From contig CAVXGR010000018.1 of NCBI GenBank assembly GCA_963761335.1, forward strand, positions 992,001-1,056,000: 64,000 bases of DNA. The letters are read 5' to 3'. Each line of letters begins with the position of its first letter. Positions within the stretch are counted from its first letter, which is position 1. This stretch comes from an uncultured delta proteobacterium (GTDB taxonomy: Bacteria > Desulfobacterota > Binatia > HRBIN30 > BPIQ01). Made by a program: the position numbers and the translations under genes. The notes below the pieces were generated by a model. The model was not told the DNA's origin, ran no database searches, and saw only the letters and a program-made list of their open reading frames with translations. Of this stretch, positions 61,139 through 64,000 are shown in pieces.

Positions 61139-61621
61139 ATGGCGATTCGGGCTCGTGAGGTGATGCGGACGGCGGTGATGGCCGTGCGGCCGGACATGCC
61201 GCTGTCGGAGCTGGAGGACGCACTCATCTCGCACCGCATCAGCGGCGCGCCGGTGCTCGACGGCGGCAAGCTGGTCGGGGTGGTCTCGCGCTCCGACATC
61301 GTGCGCTACTTCAGCTTGCAGCGATCACTGGAGGCGCTCTTGGCGCAGGGCCGCGGTGAGCAGTACGCCCCGGGGGAGAAGCGGGCTCCGGCGCCGATCG
61401 CGCACCTGACGGAGCAGGTCCGCAAGCTCACGGTTCGCGACCTGATGGTGACCGAGCCGGTTGCCGTCTCCCCCGACGCCTTGATCGAGGAGATCGCCGA
61501 GATCATGGTGCGTCGCCACGTGCACCGCGTGCTGGTTACCGAAGGCGGCGCCGTGGTCGGGATCGTCAGCGCCCTCGATCTGGCGCAGCTGGTCGCTGGC
61601 GGGCAGCTGCGGGCCGGCTGA
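61139..61621 (+). CDS. CBS domain pair protein
   Basis: ISGAPV....LVGVVSRSDI; VHRVLV....VVGIVSALDL. Confidence 0.9.
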   Translation: MAIRAREVMRTAVMAVRPDMPLSELEDALISHRISGAPVLDGGKLVGVVSRSDIVRYFSLQRSLEALLAQGRGEQYAPGEKRAPAPIAHLTEQVRKLTVRDLMVTEPVAVSPDALIEEIAEIMVRRHVHRVLVTEGGAVVGIVSALDLAQLVAGGQLRAG

Positions 61622-61639
61622 ATCAGTGCCGGAGCGGCC

Positions 61640-62074
61640 GTGTCGGCGGAGCAGGTCAAACGCCTGAACGAGTTCGCCCGCGACCGGCATCCCGGGCTGG
61701 TCGGCGCCGAGGTGCTGAGCTGCGAGCCGCAGCTGGTGACCGGGCGCCTGCCGGTCACTGCGCCGCTGGTAGCGGGCACCGGGTTCCTCTGGGCGCCGGT
61801 GGTGATCACCCTGGCGGATTGGTTGTGCGCCTGCGGGACGGGGGCGAATCTTCCCGAAGGGGGAAGCTTCACCACCATCGAGATCAAGACGAATTTTCTC
61901 GGCACGGTGCGCGAAGGCGGCTCCATCTTGGCGCGCGCCTGGCCGGCGCATCGAGGGCGGACGACGCAGGTCTGGGACGTCGAGGTCAGCGACGAGGCCT
62001 CGGGCAAGGTCATCGCGCTGTTCCGCTGCACGCAGATGCTCCTTTCCGGGAAAGAAAGAAACAATGTAAAATGA
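61640..62074 (+). CDS. PaaI family thioesterase
   Basis: FTTIEIKTNFLG, HRGRTTQVWD, ALFRCTQ; the stop lies inside the downstream repeat. Confidence 0.88.
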   Translation: MSAEQVKRLNEFARDRHPGLVGAEVLSCEPQLVTGRLPVTAPLVAGTGFLWAPVVITLADWLCACGTGANLPEGGSFTTIEIKTNFLGTVREGGSILARAWPAHRGRTTQVWDVEVSDEASGKVIALFRCTQMLLSGKERNNVK

Positions 62075-62172
62075 AAAACCGGTGACCGGTGATGCAGAAC
62101 CGGCAAACCGCCCGCGGCGCCATTGACCAGTTCTCCATCACCGGTCACCGGTTCTCCATTTAACATTCTCTT
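62063..62172. repeat. ACCGGTG heptamer palindromic element, copy 2
   Basis: Same arms as 17865-17980 with the loop inverted; between convergent genes. Confidence 0.8.
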
Positions 62173-62186
62173 CTCCGGCGCAGCGC

Positions 62187-63401
62187 TCACGATACCGCAG
62201 CGCCGGCTTCTTCCCCGGCGTAGCCGCGCGGCGCCGACGGACTGCCATCCGGCCAGCGGCGGCCGCGCGGGCCGAGGTACTCGGAGCTCGGGCGGATCAG
62301 GCGGTTCTCGGCGGCCTGCTCGAGGACGTGCGCCGTCCAGCCGCCGGCGCGGGCCACGGCGAAGGTCGGAGTGAACAGGTCGCTGTGCAGCCCGACGCCG
62401 TGGAGCAGCAGGGCGGTGTAGAACTCCACGTTGGTCTCCAGCCGCCGGCCGGGCTTGAGCTCGTGGAGGACGCGCAGGACGGCGTTCTCCACGGTGCGGG
62501 CGTCGTCGTACAGGCGGGCGTCGTCGGCGCCGGCGAAGAGACGGACGGCGGCGGCGCCGAGCACCTCGGCGCGCGGGTCGCGGACCTTGTAGACGCGGTG
62601 CCCGAAGCCCATGATGCGGCCGCCGGCGGCGATCGTATCGCGCCCCCACGCCTCGGCCTCCTCCTCCATGCTGCGGCCGCTCTCGGCGGCGCGCCCGCGA
62701 ATCTCGAAGACCATGTCGAGGGCGGGGCCGGGGGCGCCGCCGTGCAGGGGCCCTTTGAGCGCGCCGACGGCGCCGACCAGCGCCGAGACCATGTCCGACC
62801 CGGTGCTGGTGATGACCCGCGCCGTGAAGGTCGAGGCGTTCATGCCGTGATCGATGACGGTATTGAGATAGACCTCCAGGGCCCGCGCCGCCTCGGAGCT
62901 CGGCTCGCTGCCGGTGAGCATGTAGAGATAATTGGCGGCATGACCCAGACGGAGGCTCGGGGGCACCGGCTCCAGCCCCTGGCGCAGCCGCCAGTAGCCG
63001 GCGACGATGGTCGGAAAGCGGGCCACCAGCCGGATCGCCTGCACGACTCCCGCGTCCCTTCCCTCGACCGCATCGGTAGCGCCGGCGAGGCCGAGAGTGG
63101 CCACCGCCATCTCCAGCGCCTCCATGACGCCGGCCGGCCGCGCCGCGGCGGCGCGCAGCAGGGCCAGGGTCGCCGCCGGCAGCCAGCGCTGCGCCGCCAG
63201 CTCGCGCCGCAACACCTCGTGCTCGTCCGCCTGCGGCAGGCGACCGTGCCAGAGAAGGAAGAGAGCCTCCTCGAAGCGCGCCCGCGGCGCCAGCTCCTCG
63301 ACCGCGAAGCCGCCGATCACCAGCTCGCCGCGCTCGCCGTCCACATGACTGAGCCGCGTCGAGGCCACGGCCACTCCCTCGAGTCCTCGTGCAATTGCCA
63401 T
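62187..63401 (-). CDS. Citrate/2-methylcitrate synthase family protein
   Basis: GLEGV, DHGMNASTFTARV, LKGPLHGGA, MGFGHRVYKVRDPRA, TNVEFY; SD GGAGGA before ATG 63401 (alternative ATG 63437). Confidence 0.92.
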   Translation of the reverse strand: MAIARGLEGVAVASTRLSHVDGERGELVIGGFAVEELAPRARFEEALFLLWHGRLPQADEHEVLRRELAAQRWLPAATLALLRAAAARPAGVMEALEMAVATLGLAGATDAVEGRDAGVVQAIRLVARFPTIVAGYWRLRQGLEPVPPSLRLGHAANYLYMLTGSEPSSEAARALEVYLNTVIDHGMNASTFTARVITSTGSDMVSALVGAVGALKGPLHGGAPGPALDMVFEIRGRAAESGRSMEEEAEAWGRDTIAAGGRIMGFGHRVYKVRDPRAEVLGAAAVRLFAGADDARLYDDARTVENAVLRVLHELKPGRRLETNVEFYTALLLHGVGLHSDLFTPTFAVARAGGWTAHVLEQAAENRLIRPSSEYLGPRGRRWPDGSPSAPRGYAGEEAGAAVS

Positions 63402-63451
63402 CGTTTCCTCCTGGAGGGCGATCGTGCGTGTCTCCATTCACATTGTCAATC

Positions 63452-63500
63452 TTGATTAACTAATCAATAACTTGAGTCACTGATCAACATATGGTAGACG
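63452..63500. promoter_or_regulatory. Two TTGA-N8-TCAA operator-like palindromes overlapping the divergent promoter region
   Basis: TTGATTAACTAATCAA (63452-63467) and TTGAGTCACTGATCAA (63472-63487); TTGAGT-N17-TAGACG-N6-ATG. Confidence 0.65.
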
Positions 63501-63506
63501 GCGGCC

Positions 63507-64000
63507 ATGGCCGAGTTTCTGTCGGCGGCGCAGGCGGCCGCCGAGCTGGGGGTGAACCTGCCGACCCTGTACGCCTACGTCAGCCGCGGCCTGATCCGCT
63601 CGGAGGCGGAGGGGCGGTCGCGGCGGCGGCGCTATCACGCCGAGGACATCTGGCTGCTCAAGCAGCGCAAGGAGCACCGGCGCGATCCGGGGAAGGCGGC
63701 CCAGGAAGCCCTGCACTGGGGATTGCCGGTGCTCGAGTCGCGCATCTCGGTGATTCACCAGGGGCGGCTCTACTACGGCGGCCGCGACGTCGTGGAGCTG
63801 GCCACCTCCTGCAGCATCGAGCAGGTCGCCTCGCTGCTGTGGGCCGGGGACCTGGCGTCGCCCTTTCCCGACGACGTCATCGACCTGCCGGCGGCGGAGC
63901 GGCGGCCGCTGGCGCGGCTGGTGGCGCAGCTGCCGGCGCTGGACGCCTTCCGCGTCGTCCTGCCGATGGCGGCGGCGCGCGATCCGCTGGCCTTCGACCT
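63507..64000 (+). CDS. HTH (MerR/excisionase-like)-citrate synthase family fusion protein, 3' truncated; absent from the ORF track
   Basis: Translated by hand: MAEFLSAAQAAAELGVNLPTLYAYVSRGLIRS...ALHWGLPVLESRISVIHQGRLYYGGRDVVELA...EQVASLLW. Confidence 0.88.
   Translation, partial: MAEFLSAAQAAAELGVNLPTLYAYVSRGLIRSEAEGRSRRRRYHAEDIWLLKQRKEHRRDPGKAAQEALHWGLPVLESRISVIHQGRLYYGGRDVVELATSCSIEQVASLLWAGDLASPFPDDVIDLPAAERRPLARLVAQLPALDAFRVVLPMAAARDPLAFD

Overview
GC-rich bacterial chromosomal window from a diderm (TolC, lipoproteins). A Cys-bracketed dockerin-like module and many actinobacteria-like lipid/steroid catabolic genes suggest a Candidatus Binatia/Myxococcota-like organism (inference). It holds about 50 CDS: a DUF3604-PPIase-HupE module, uup-like ABC-F, thiolases, amidohydrolases, mutY, pgk, fumC, ppk1, two P450s, a TetR-TolC-HlyD-ABC efflux operon, gloA, an acyl-CoA dehydrogenase pair, an octaheme cytochrome-TPR protein, lon and a divergent citrate-synthase/HTH-citrate-synthase pair. 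No rRNA, tRNA, CRISPR, transposase or integrase was recognised. The striking feature is non-coding: at least eight families of palindromic or short-tandem repeats fill the intergenic spaces. Most notable is a three-cassette array (6779-7794) inserted at a CAG inside another palindrome. The empty site can be reconstructed, and the cassette junctions form a hairpin resembling an att site. Two single genes are enclosed by inverted repeat arrays. One +1 frameshift fuses an ABC ATPase to its permease, and 44.1-45.6 kb looks like low-quality sequence.
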